Assembly (NCBI GenBank): GCA_028534125.1
Contig: CM052817.1
Span: 42,038,001-42,102,000 of the forward strand
Length of the DNA: 64,000 nucleotides
Source: Lama glama
Taxonomy: Eukaryota
Direction of reading: 5' to 3'
Shown: in pieces, positions 27,101 through 37,748 of the stretch
How the letters are laid out: each line of letters begins with the position of its first letter
How positions within the stretch are numbered: the stretch's first letter is position 1
Made by a program: the position numbers and the translations under genes
The notes under the pieces: generated by a model
The model's input: only the letters and a program-made list of their open reading frames with translations
The model's database searches: none
What the model was told of the DNA's origin: nothing

Positions 27101-27697
27101 CCAGATGGTGTCCCTAAACAAAACTGCAGATGGCCATGTGTGTCACACAGATCATAGATAGTCAATAAATTTGTTTGCTGAATTGGATTGTTTCTTTGAC
27201 CTTCTCACTACTTCTCTTCCTTTTCAGGACACCCCACATGTACACCTGTATGGACACATGTCTTCATTCTCTCCTGCTATTTTGGCCCTCTAATGCTGAG
27301 GAGTGGGGCAGGGGGAGAGGATCAGTATAGTTAATTCATGTTAAAATGCAAGTGACAATGTGTTCTCTTTCCTAGGGTGTTCACATTTAAGAGGATCAAA
27401 AGAAAAAAGCAGTGCTTAACTGAAGGAATTATTAGCTCTTGGAGGAATTTTGGGATTGATATCTAGGTTGAAAGATACAAGAACTTGGTGTCTCAGATTA
27501 TACACACACTATTTAATCAACTCACTCACAAGCATAGGCATGCGTTACAAAGTAAACTTATTCCAGTAAGAAAATCAGTATCTAGATTTTTTTACTTAGT
27601 CCCCTCTAGAATTTTTAATATAATAGACTTTATTATCAGTGGTGGATCCAATTATGTAAACTTCTCCCTTTTCTCTCTTTTCTTAGTGAATAAGAAT

Positions 27698-28197
27698 NNN
27701 NNNNNNNNNNNNNNNNNNNNNNNNNNNNNNNNNNNNNNNNNNNNNNNNNNNNNNNNNNNNNNNNNNNNNNNNNNNNNNNNNNNNNNNNNNNNNNNNNNNN
27801 NNNNNNNNNNNNNNNNNNNNNNNNNNNNNNNNNNNNNNNNNNNNNNNNNNNNNNNNNNNNNNNNNNNNNNNNNNNNNNNNNNNNNNNNNNNNNNNNNNNN
27901 NNNNNNNNNNNNNNNNNNNNNNNNNNNNNNNNNNNNNNNNNNNNNNNNNNNNNNNNNNNNNNNNNNNNNNNNNNNNNNNNNNNNNNNNNNNNNNNNNNNN
28001 NNNNNNNNNNNNNNNNNNNNNNNNNNNNNNNNNNNNNNNNNNNNNNNNNNNNNNNNNNNNNNNNNNNNNNNNNNNNNNNNNNNNNNNNNNNNNNNNNNNN
28101 NNNNNNNNNNNNNNNNNNNNNNNNNNNNNNNNNNNNNNNNNNNNNNNNNNNNNNNNNNNNNNNNNNNNNNNNNNNNNNNNNNNNNNNNNNNNNNNNN
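27698..28197. other. Assembly gap (500 N) in FGF5 intron 1
   Basis: Exactly 500 N; placeholder length. Confidence 0.99.
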
Positions 28198-29084
28198 TTT
28201 GGTGAGCTAGGTACCCTATGCTGGGTACACGAATAAGTGGATGAATGAGTCAGTGAATGATCTCAAGCCATGTGGAAGATACAGACTAAACTCTGAAAGG
28301 CTGCTGTAAACTGGAATGAATTAGGAAAGTGTTCGTTAAATGAAGAAAGTTTTATTTAGGCACTTTAGTTTTGTTTATGAAACCAAACAGTGTTTTGTGC
28401 CTGTCCTTTGTTAGATACCTTTCAAAGTGGATTTTAAAATAAAATGTGCCTTAGAACTAGCAAATACTGGCCAATGTTTTCTTTAGCTGAATGTACTCTT
28501 TGTTGAATTGTTCTCATTTCCTTTCCTATATTTTTCTACAACTCCCTCCACAAGGCCTTGTCTGCAAAAGTCCTTGTCTCTCATGGTTTCTTCCAAGTGA
28601 AGAGGATGAGTATCTTGGGAATAAGTCTGGTTTTCAGAGATCCATAGCACACCAAAACGCATGCCAGACACATCCTTTTACCCTCCCTGGGATCCAACCT
28701 GCTGCCCCTTGCAGGCTAACTCTGGATCTTCCCTTGGGAACACAGAGGTTATCCTCTGTTGAGGCTGCTTTCTTGGATAAACTACAAGAAGAACAGAATA
28801 GAAAGAGTATTCCTGTAAGGAGAAAGGGGGACGATTACTAGAAGTGGGGAATGAGATTTGAAGTCTGGCGCAGGGAAGAGTTGGGTGGGCCAAAATGAGA
28901 AGGCCAATGGAAACACTGAAATAGACATAAATCTTGTCGACCCTGAGATCTTGGGAAATTGTCATCTGCCCTAATTGACCTTGCCTTTTGCCACCAAAGA
29001 TGGTCAGTTGTTGAGTAAGAGTGCAACGAACCTCAAAACTTGAAAGTCAAGCCCCCCTAAGGAGAGTGTGGAAGGCCCTAGCAT

Positions 29085-29620
29085 TCGGTGAGAGGATGTG
29101 GAAAACCCTCTCTGGGGTTCCGTGCTCCAGGTCGCCTCGCCACATGCGACATAGCCAGCTGGAGCGGCAGAGACCGGAAGACTAGTCGGAGGCAGGAGAC
29201 GGGAGTGGACTCGCTCCCTTTCTGGTGGCAACCAGCCGCCGGCCCCCCGACCCCCCGACCGGAGAGGGTGTCAGATGCCAGCTCCGCTGTGGCGCCGGCG
29301 CTCCTCCGGAGCTTGGGAAAGAAGACACGCAATTGACCATAGGGTCATCGGTTTAAAAGACGGATAAAGTTAAGCACACCTGGGAGTCACCAGGCTGACA
29401 CTATGGGAGCCAGGAGACCCTGCGCGACGCTGTTTTCTGGCCACGTTTCCTCTCTCCCGAGTCTCTCAGAGGCTCCGACTGTGCGTCTATCTGCTGGACT
29501 AACCCCGGCTGGAACAGCAATCCGGCCCTAAGGAGGAAAAGGCCCGCAGAGATACCCCCAGTCCCGCACACAACCCCAAATCATCTCTCCTCTCTGCCGC
29601 CTAGAGAGGCAGTGAGAGGA
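29085..29620. promoter_or_regulatory. CpG-rich patch in FGF5 intron 1 (candidate intronic enhancer)
   Basis: Non-repetitive GC/CpG-rich segment separated from the promoter island by AT-rich DNA. Confidence 0.55.
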
Positions 29621-30560
29621 ATCAGAGTGGTGTGGAAACTCAGATGGGGTAGAAAGGAAGAGGAGATGAGGAAGGAGGGAAAAAGAGGGAGCTAAAGAGA
29701 AAACTCAGAAAATTTTAAACTTGGCTTTAAAAAACCTACAAAATTTTCATCTGTACCAAATTGAATCGCCTCTGAGTTTCTTCTAAAATAAAGTTGTCCT
29801 TGGGGACAAAAGGCCGGCCACTCTTTCTCACAAAGTCTGGTCATGGTCTCAAGATATTAAACATTGCTAAACCCAACTCCTGAATTCATAATTCGAATGT
29901 CCATCACGTCCTCCCCTCTAAACGTGTCCAGTTTTCTAGATCACTGTCTTCTTCGAAGCAAGATATGTCTTGTCTCCCATGTAATACACACATATATAAT
30001 ATAAATATGCAAATGTGTACATATTTATAATAGATATACAAGTATATATATTATATATAATATTAATTTGGGGTTTATGGTACTGGTTGTGGGGAGGGGA
30101 GTATGTGAGGTTTGATTATTCTTTAAAAAAACTATTATTTATGGGCAGGGAAAGGGGGTGCACTTTGATGCTCAGTGTAAAATACTGTTCTGGTAAACAG
30201 AAGCAGAAAGTAAACAGAAACTAGAAGAGGAGAAAGAAAATTTGTGTTTTTCCTCCAGGCACAGGCTGGAGCTCCTCTTTGGGACCAGGGCAAACTGGAA
30301 GCAAGGTGCCTGTCTGTACCAGCCTCCGGATAGCCTACACCTCAGGAATCGCCATTCCTCATAACCACAAGAGGGGTAAGTGTGTGCGCGCCGTTTAGAC
30401 GGATCTCCACCCAGTCTGCCCCGCCGTTTCCAGGGCCGGCTGGATCCCAGTGGCCGAGGCTCGGAAAGGTGCGCCTGTGGCCCAGGGAATAATCCGCTGT
30501 CCCTCCCGAATCTCCTGGCGCCCGCTTAGGACGGGTTTTGTAGGAGAGCAAGCAACTTAC

Positions 30561-30921
30561 TTAACATATTGGCTTCGTGGGAGCCATTGACTTTGCCATC
30601 CGGGTAGATCTGCAGATGGAAACCGATGCCCACTCTGCAGTAGAGGCTGCCGGTCCGGCGCCCCGAGGGGCTCCACTGGAAACTGGTCTGCTCCAAGCCG
30701 CTTCCTTGGCTTCCCAGAGAAGCCGCGGGGGAGGAGGAGGCAGAGGAAGAAGAGGAAGACGTCGTGCTTCTGCTGCTCCAGCTGCTGCTGGCGCCTCCCG
30801 GGTTCCTAGCAGTGGCAGCCGGTCCGGGTTGCCCTTTGGGGACGAGGCGCTTCTCCCCGCGAGCCCAGGCGCTGAGGATCAGGTGGCTGAGCAAGAGGAG
30901 GAGGAGGAAGGACAAGCTCAT
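30561..30921 (-). CDS. FGF5: FGF5 coding exon 1 (signal peptide, Ser-rich linker, start of FGF core)
   Basis: ATG at 30921 (context ggaagaATGa). Translates to [26 protein letters not shown]...[37 protein letters not shown], the recognisable FGF5 N-terminus with an NGS glycosylation sequon. Donor TTAA|gtaagt at 30561/30560. 361 nt, phase 1. Confidence 0.98.
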
Positions 30922-31034
30922 TCTTCCAGCCGCGGGGGTCCTAAGCGCATCTTGTAGGGCTGGTTCTGGGCTCCGCAGCCCCCGCGCGGCTGCGTACCTC
31001 TGGCGCTGCCCCCCTCGCCGCACCGGGTGGACAT
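30918..31034 (-). CDS. 38-aa upstream ORF in the FGF5 5' leader, overlapping the FGF5 start codon
   Basis: ATG at 31034 reads [38 protein letters not shown]. It is out of frame with FGF5, and its TGA overlaps the FGF5 ATG (GAA-GAA-TGA). A second ATG in the same uORF frame lies at 30950. Confidence 0.8.
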   Translation of the reverse strand: MSTRCGEGGSARGTQPRGGCGAQNQPYKMRLGPPRLEE

Positions 31035-31110
31035 AGCCTTGGGAAAGAGACAGGGAGAGGGGGGAGAGAGAGAGAGGCCACCCGAACGGATCTCGGCGCT
31101 GGCACTGGGA

Positions 31111-31118
31111 TATTTATA
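31111..31118 (-). promoter_or_regulatory. FGF5 TATA box
   Basis: TATAAATA on the minus strand, embedded in GC-rich sequence about 190 nt upstream of the FGF5 ATG. Implies a TSS near 31085-31090. Confidence 0.8.
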
Positions 31119-31194
31119 ACGCCAGTGATCTCACTGCTCCGTGCACGCCCGCGAAGCTTCCCCTCACCCGCCGCTTTGTGTACTCTCCGGCCGG

Positions 31195-31285
31195 TGCGGG
31201 GAGGGAGCCTCGCAGTCCCGGGGGCGGGGGTGTGGAGGAGGGAGGAGGTGGGAGAGGGCGAGTGGGAGGAGAAGCCGGGCGGAGA
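31195..31285. promoter_or_regulatory. GC box (Sp/KLF) and G-rich proximal promoter tract
   Basis: GGGGCGGGGG at 31221-31230 within several GGG/GGA runs, about 100 bp upstream of the TATA box. Confidence 0.6.
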
Positions 31286-33549
31286 GAAGCTGCACCCCGC
31301 CGCTGGGCGCGCTCACGCCCGGGCCACGCACCCCAGCAGTTCTCACCCGCCACACGGCCATCCTCCACCCAAGCCAACGCTGCGCGGAATTCAGCTCCGA
31401 GCGAGCACTGTGTCCTCCCGGGGCCGCGACGGGAACGGGAGGTTGAGACGCGGGAGTGAATCTTGTCCTTCCCACCTCTGCCGCACGCTTGCGTCCCAGC
31501 AAGGCACTCTCGCCTACCTAGGATCCAGTTTCCAGGTTCCCTTCCCTGTGCCGGGCGGACCAGTCTATCACAACCCTTGTCCCGGGAATCCCTCGGGAAC
31601 TGCGTCCCGCCGGGGATCCCAACGCTGCTAGTGCTTGCGACCAAGAGCCAAACAAGGATTCCCAGCCCAACTTGGGAAGGGTTTGGAGTGGCGCGGGGGA
31701 GGAGGGGGCTGTTTTCGCTGTTGTTACTACTGATTTACTTAAGAGCTAATGAATGGATTTACTCAGCGTTTAGAGAGTCACCCTAAGCCATTACTCCTGG
31801 GCTTGAGCTGTTTTCCTGTTGCAAACTCTTGGTCACGCTAAACACGATGCTGCTGAATTTGTTTTTACTTCTGGGAAGCTCTCGGTCTGTGTCTGAGAGG
31901 GTAAGCGCACACGCACATCACGCCGAGAGCTGAGCAAGACAGGCAGGGTCTGAGCACCCAGCACATGTGACTAACTGTCCAGTTGTCCTCTCTCTCCCCA
32001 GGATCCCCTTGGCAGGAAGGATTAGCTAACGGCTCGCTTCAGCTTACTCAGAGCTGCCATTGACTGAAGGGCCGACCCCAATGAATGATTAATGATGCTC
32101 ACACTGGATTTCAGGAAACCTGAGAACCGGGAATTTCCATGTATGCCATGCCCCTACTGTCATTTATCTGAGAAATATACCTGGCTTACATTCTTGAAAT
32201 ATTTCTGTCTGAAAATTTATCTGAAGCTTTAAACTACACTCTGGTACACTATTCATTGGTTACTTTAATGAAAAGGCTGTGATTTTGACTGATGAGGTCG
32301 ATTCACATAAGCCAAGGTTGATGCTAAGATGTGGCTTTATCCATTACTGAGTACCCACTTAAGGATTCCTATCTCAATAATGAAAAGCATATAAAACACA
32401 TGTAGATTTTTCAGGATTGGAAATCTTTCATGGCTACATCAAGGCAGCTTTAAACAGAAAGTTACCTGGACAAATTAGTGAAGCCACTAGGGGGAAGAAA
32501 GGGCACATCACTCATAGATGTGCATAGCCTGGGCACAATGCTCCCGACACACTGTGTAGAATGTTGTTCTGGGCTAAATACCTCCTTCTGTTTCCACTGT
32601 GCTAAACTCAAGCTCTATGATTCTGGCTTAACTACCATGGGGTAGATAGACGCTGACAAGGCAATTTTGAGAGTGGACATTGAGAACAGACAGGTTGCCT
32701 CTCAAAATGGTCCACTTGACTGACATTGCCCCTTTCCAGGGTGAATGAGTGTGGGATGCTGGGCCTGGGCACTGTGCCTTTTGCAGGTGATACCCTTGAT
32801 TCTGGGACAAAGCTGTCAGGGTTTAAGACCTGTTGGTGCTGCTGGATACCATCAGTAAGTTCCCCTGCATGTCACACAGTATACCACCCATGCCTCAGGT
32901 GGCAAAGATTTTCCAAAGCAAATCCAGCTTGCATCTCCCTCCTTCTCTTCCCTAGGAGTCTGCTGAGAGGGCAGGAGACTGACTAACCTTAGACGCACTA
33001 TCAGCCTCCTTCCCAAACTCTGAAGGCCAAAACACTCAGGCAGAGCCTCTGAAACTGACATTCTGCCTTTTCTGCTTTCTTTCAGCTTCTCAAGCACCAC
33101 TCCCAGTGAAACAATCATTCTTGTATCCTTCTCGTCCCCCTACAAGATTCCAGCTGGGGATTAAACTTTTGTCTAAGGATGACTTAGGAAAGCCAAACCA
33201 CTTGCTTAGGTTTTAGCCCACCTCAACCTGGAGGGTGTTGAGGTGCACTCCGACCTTTCTTGGGTCCAAGGGTGAGACTAGGAAAAGCCGAGCGTTCGCC
33301 AAGCAGAGAGAAGTGACCAGCTCTTGTGACTGGGTTTAGCAAACCACAGGTCCTAGGTTTCTTAACTCTCGTGGATGCTCGGGGGCTTAAAAATAAGTGC
33401 GCGCTTAAAACCAAATTGATCTGGTGTGCATGAGCAAGTAGGGTGGATGCCACTAAACTTTTAAAAACCTGTAACAAGAGAGTTGAACATGTATTGGGGT
33501 CATTATCAAAAAAAATTTTTTAAAGACCTCCAAAAACTGAACAGTGAAA

Positions 33550-34200
33550 GAGAGCAGCACTGCGCCTGTCCCGGGAGCTGGACAGCCTAGCCCCTCCCTC
33601 CGCAGCTTGGCGGAGAGAGAAACCGGTCGCCCTGCGCTCCCGGCTGCGCCCTCCCTGGCCCGCGCCCTGCCTAACCCACGGCGCAGCAGATCCGCTGAGC
33701 CTCTGTCCGCAGTAAATCTGCTGTCGGAAAATTCTCATTTCACGGCCTCGGCTACTCGAGTTCTACTCCCATAGACTCCACTGTAAAGAGAGTGAGTACA
33801 AGCGTGTACCAGATTTTCTCTAGTTACTTTCCAGATCATCAGAAGCCCTCTGGCTGAAGACGTTCCCCAGGTCCATTCACAGGCTAAAGAGCCTAGTCAA
33901 GGTCGCCAGGGTTAGGAGGACGCGTGCCCACGGCCGGTGCGTGGTGCTGGTCAAAATCCCCACGCTCTCCCAGACGCGGAAGCAAGGTCGCGGAGATGGT
34001 GCACGCTCCTGGCTACCTGCAGAGATAAAGCAAATGATCCTCCAAGGCGAGCTTCTACTCATAGCAACCGGACGGAGCACCGAAAAACTAACCAACAGAT
34101 GAATGGTGCTCACCAATCAACTAGGTGCCAGCTCTGGTCCGCAGCCCTTCGGGTTAAGCTTCCTTAGCTCCTCAAGCCCTCCGCCTCACGTTCAGTAGCC
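33550..34200. promoter_or_regulatory. Upstream CpG-rich patch about 2.5-3.1 kb 5' of the FGF5 TSS
   Basis: Dense CpGs (e.g. cgccctgcgctcccggctgcgccc) with no recognisable repeat. Confidence 0.55.
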
Positions 34201-37098
34201 CCACCTCCTCAGGCTCACCGTTCCTAGTCCCAGCACCTGAGCTTTCTTTCCAGGACTCCCATAGTTCAGTGTGAGAAATCAGGTGGTGAATTTCTCTTAG
34301 GTCTTTTGTAGCTGTAGCTGTGATCCAGTCATTAGCAAAAAGAGTCGATTCAAAGCAAGATATAATGACTAGTATCCTCAGTCACTGGGCCCTCAAAAGT
34401 CTAGGAAAAAGAGGTCAGGGCAAAGAAGTCAGTACCCAAGCTTCCCTTATCCCAGGGACCAGCTTACTATTTACAGCCTTCCTTTGGTTGTAAGCAGAAG
34501 TCAGAGTTTGCTGAGACCAGAGGCCAAAGCCTGGTCCTTCCTACAGTGCATCATGCTGGGATGGATGAAGGACAAGAGGGAGATAGTGGGATAGGGTAAG
34601 CAACCATTGGCAGGCAAGCCAGAGTCCTGGAAGGCTCTCCAACCCACATTTGAGGCTGCCAGGGTGCCCGCGGACCTCACACAGGTTAATTTCTCCGCAT
34701 CTCCACTGCTAGAGGTACCCACACTCTATGAGGTTTGTCTGGTCTTAGGTTTGTTATAATGCAAGGCAAAGACTGGTTTCTTTGCTTGATCCAGGCAGAC
34801 AAAAGGCCAGAGGATTTCAGAAATGTTTCCTAAGTGAAGGGCTTGAACCTAGCCCTCCCTGTCCATTCCTGCCGCCCTTCCATACACTTAGAGGCTGTAT
34901 CCAGACAGCAGCACCACTTTTGGCTAACCAGGTCCCTGGTGACCCCCACAGTGCCTTCTAGTTCCATAGGTTTTTTAATGGAGGCACAGTTGCATTATGG
35001 GAGGAGTAATGAACTGACCCTCTTGGGGAGGGGGAGAGGTCAGTCCACATTCTTGCCAGGACCCTCTATTTCCTGCAATTGGATATTGTGTACTGAGAAA
35101 ACTGGGGGCCTGTAGCACTTTGGGACACAGTGAATTGATGTACCAGAAACTAAAGCAGAAATGGTCACCAGGTTAGTTGAAAAGCACTAGAGATGAGCTT
35201 TCTGAGAAAAAGTAACTGATTTCATTGAGTCAATTCACAAAAGACCTCTTTCTACCAGCAAAGGCTGCTTTGCTTTTTCTCTCCACAGATATAGAGGAGA
35301 GCAGCTGCCTGTGGCCATTTCAAAACAGCTGCCTCCTCAGAGAGAAGTAACAGACCCTTGAGAAGGAGGAGGAGATCTAACCTCCGGACCTGCAGAGTGC
35401 TTAATCACTCGTCAGCACCCCGCCTGTGCGCCCCTAGTCTCTGCTTCCTTCCAGCACAGCGGCCCTTCCCACCCTTCTCAGCCTGCTCAGTACTCCTCTA
35501 GCCACAGGCTATTAGTTCCTGTAGCTGCTGCCAACTTGCCTGGTGAGAAGCCAAGCCTGGAGGAAATAGATAGTACTAGAAGCCCCTTATCTTATTTAGG
35601 GCCAGCCATGGAAGATGGAGGATGCAGTGCCTTGTGCTGGTGACAGGTGAGCACAAAAGTCATGGTTTGTGATCATGCCACTGTCCCTTGCCTCCAACAG
35701 AGCCCACTTTGCCCTTTGTGATGATCTCTGCTCCTGGCACAGTCTGGAGCTAATAATGTCTAGAGAGGTCGTTCTGAGCATAAGGTAGAGAGGTGTGGTA
35801 CTTCCAGTCTTAATTCTCCATGAGAAGTGGGTCAGGTGGCAAGAAGGGTGAGAAATCAGAGACTTTCCTCATCTAAGAGAAAAAGAGGGTGAATTTGAGT
35901 TGCTGCTATTGGAACAGCTCTAGCATTCTGCATGCTTGGTTGGTATCCAGCGAGACAGGCCATAAGCAAACGGGCACTCATTCAAGAAAAATGAGGGCAG
36001 AGGATGAGAGAAAGTAAGCACAGTGTCCTCTTGTAGGACATGCCTCTTGTGCCAAATGAGGCAGGGGGAAGAGAACAGAAGTGAGATCAAGCCTGGTCCA
36101 GGGATAAACAGATAGGAAGCTGCTGAAACCGGGGCCACATGGGCTGCATCCTTTCACCAGCTCCAGCAAAGACCATTTGTTCAGAAAGTAATTTGATCAA
36201 AGTTAATTTCTCAGGCTGAGTCTGAGAGCTTGTCCACACAGGCTAAGTTTTCTTTTTCCCCCATAGTAAGATGCTTATTTTTCTTCATTGTTAAAGGGGT
36301 AGGAGCCCCAAAATTGGGGAGATGGAACGGTTGGCAGGGAGTACACAGCACTGGAAAGATATCTTCAGCAAGACCAAGTGGATGTTTTGCTTCAGTTTAG
36401 TTTTTTCCCACGAAAAGTTCAGGCACCATATTCTAGAGAAATACTCTTTGTATACATTTTCTAAAATCAGAAACTTTCTAAGAAATCTAAAAAGTTTTTT
36501 TCAGCTTAACCAAAAGCTGTTAAAAAAAAAAAAGCCAAAAAGCATCCATTCCTGGGGCCTCTAGAAGAATTATTGGTGAACCAGCCTTTTTTTTTCTTTC
36601 AATCTTTTTTTTTTAAATTGCAAAATAGTTGAAAAATCCTGGACCATTCTTTCAGCAATCACAGTATGAAAGTGTTCAGTAATCACAGTATGTAACAAAA
36701 TTGAATTACCCACATGCCTCTGCCCTCAGCTCCCCTGTAAACATATACAAAAATGGCTAAAAATTGAGCAGAGGGACCTAACAGTTATAACTTACTTTGC
36801 ATATTGTAATCATAAATACATAATATGAAAATCATGTTGATAAAGTCCGTGACTTCTTCTGACCTATGTCCTCACATTGGTCCATACAACCCTCTGCTTC
36901 TCATTCCAGTAGTAGCCAGCTCTGATCAGAGCAGCGAGAGGATCCTTAGCGACTAATGTATGTTCACAGATTTTTTTAAAAAGAAGGATTTACCTTATGC
37001 AAGCCACTCTGCTATCTGCCCTAGCTCTGAAGCTCCTGTATGCTCCCTAAAGGAGGAACTGAAGAGTCTACAGCATGCCACCATCAAGACTTTTCTTG

Positions 37099-37254
37099 GA
37101 GGGGGTAGGGGATAGCTTATTGAGGGGTGGAGTGCATGCTTAGCGTGCACAAGGTCCTGGGTTCAACCCCCAGTACCACCACTAAAAAAATAAAAAATAA
37201 AAAATAAAGAAAAACCTAATTACCTTCCCTCCAAAAAATCACTAAGGAAAAAAA
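37099..37254 (+). mobile_element. tRNA-derived SINE, camelid vic-1-like, with 13-bp TSD
   Basis: gtgcatgcttagcgtgcacaaggtcctgggttcaacccccagtacc, then an A-rich linker, aaacctaattaccttccc and an A tail. TSD aagacttttcttg (37086-37098) / aagactttgcttg (37255-37267). Confidence 0.8.
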
Positions 37255-37547
37255 AAGACTTTGCTTGATTATGAAAGAGGCAATTTCCTGCTGGGAGCCC
37301 AAGGGGCACCCAATAGAAACTCTCTGTAGTGAATGAAGGTCACCAAACGTATTGTGATATGAGTTCACTTTTCTTATCAGTGCGTCTGGTCTCTCAAGAA
37401 AATCGTAAGCCCCTCCAAGGCAGTCTCCTTCAGCCTTGTAATCCCCCAAATGCACCATAATATAAATTCTAAATGAGGATCTTTATGAGGGATGGTTTCA
37501 AAAGATGGCTTAATAATCATTTTAATCTCTCCCCAAAAGAAGTGAGA

Positions 37548-37748
37548 ACTTTACTATATATAAAATAGATAAACAAGGTCCTACTGTATAGCACAGGGAA
37601 CTATATTCAATGTCTTGTAGTAAACTGTAATGAAAAAGAATATGAAAACGAATATACATATGTGTATGACTGAATCACTATGCTGTACATCAGAGACTAA
37701 CTCAACATTGTATATCGACTATACTTCAATAATAATAATAATAAAAAG
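37548..37748 (+). mobile_element. 5'-truncated L1 3' UTR fragment
   Basis: tatatataaaatagataaacaaggtcctactgtatagcacagggaactatattcaa...cgactatacttcaataataa. Confidence 0.8.

Larger units (their letters stand above)
30380..31700. promoter_or_regulatory. CpG island over FGF5 promoter and exon 1
   Basis: Visibly high GC and dense CpG compared with the CpG-depleted AT-rich flanks. Boundaries approximate. Confidence 0.85.

Noticed and set aside
27485..28210. 241-aa ORF
   Set aside because: Artefact of translating through the 500-N gap.
30526..30560. ORF-track extension of exon 1 into intron 1 ([11 protein letters not shown])
   Set aside because: Read-through past a canonical gtaagt donor; I saw no nearby poly(A) signal to support a real isoform.
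30577..31786. Many overlapping 90-176 aa ORFs on both strands around the promoter
   Set aside because: Expected stop-codon scarcity in a CpG island and antisense to a CDS; low-complexity translations with no recognisable domain.
36651..36692. 18-bp direct repeat ttcag(c/t)aatcacagtatg, two copies
   Set aside because: Simple local tandem duplication; not an array and not CRISPR-like.
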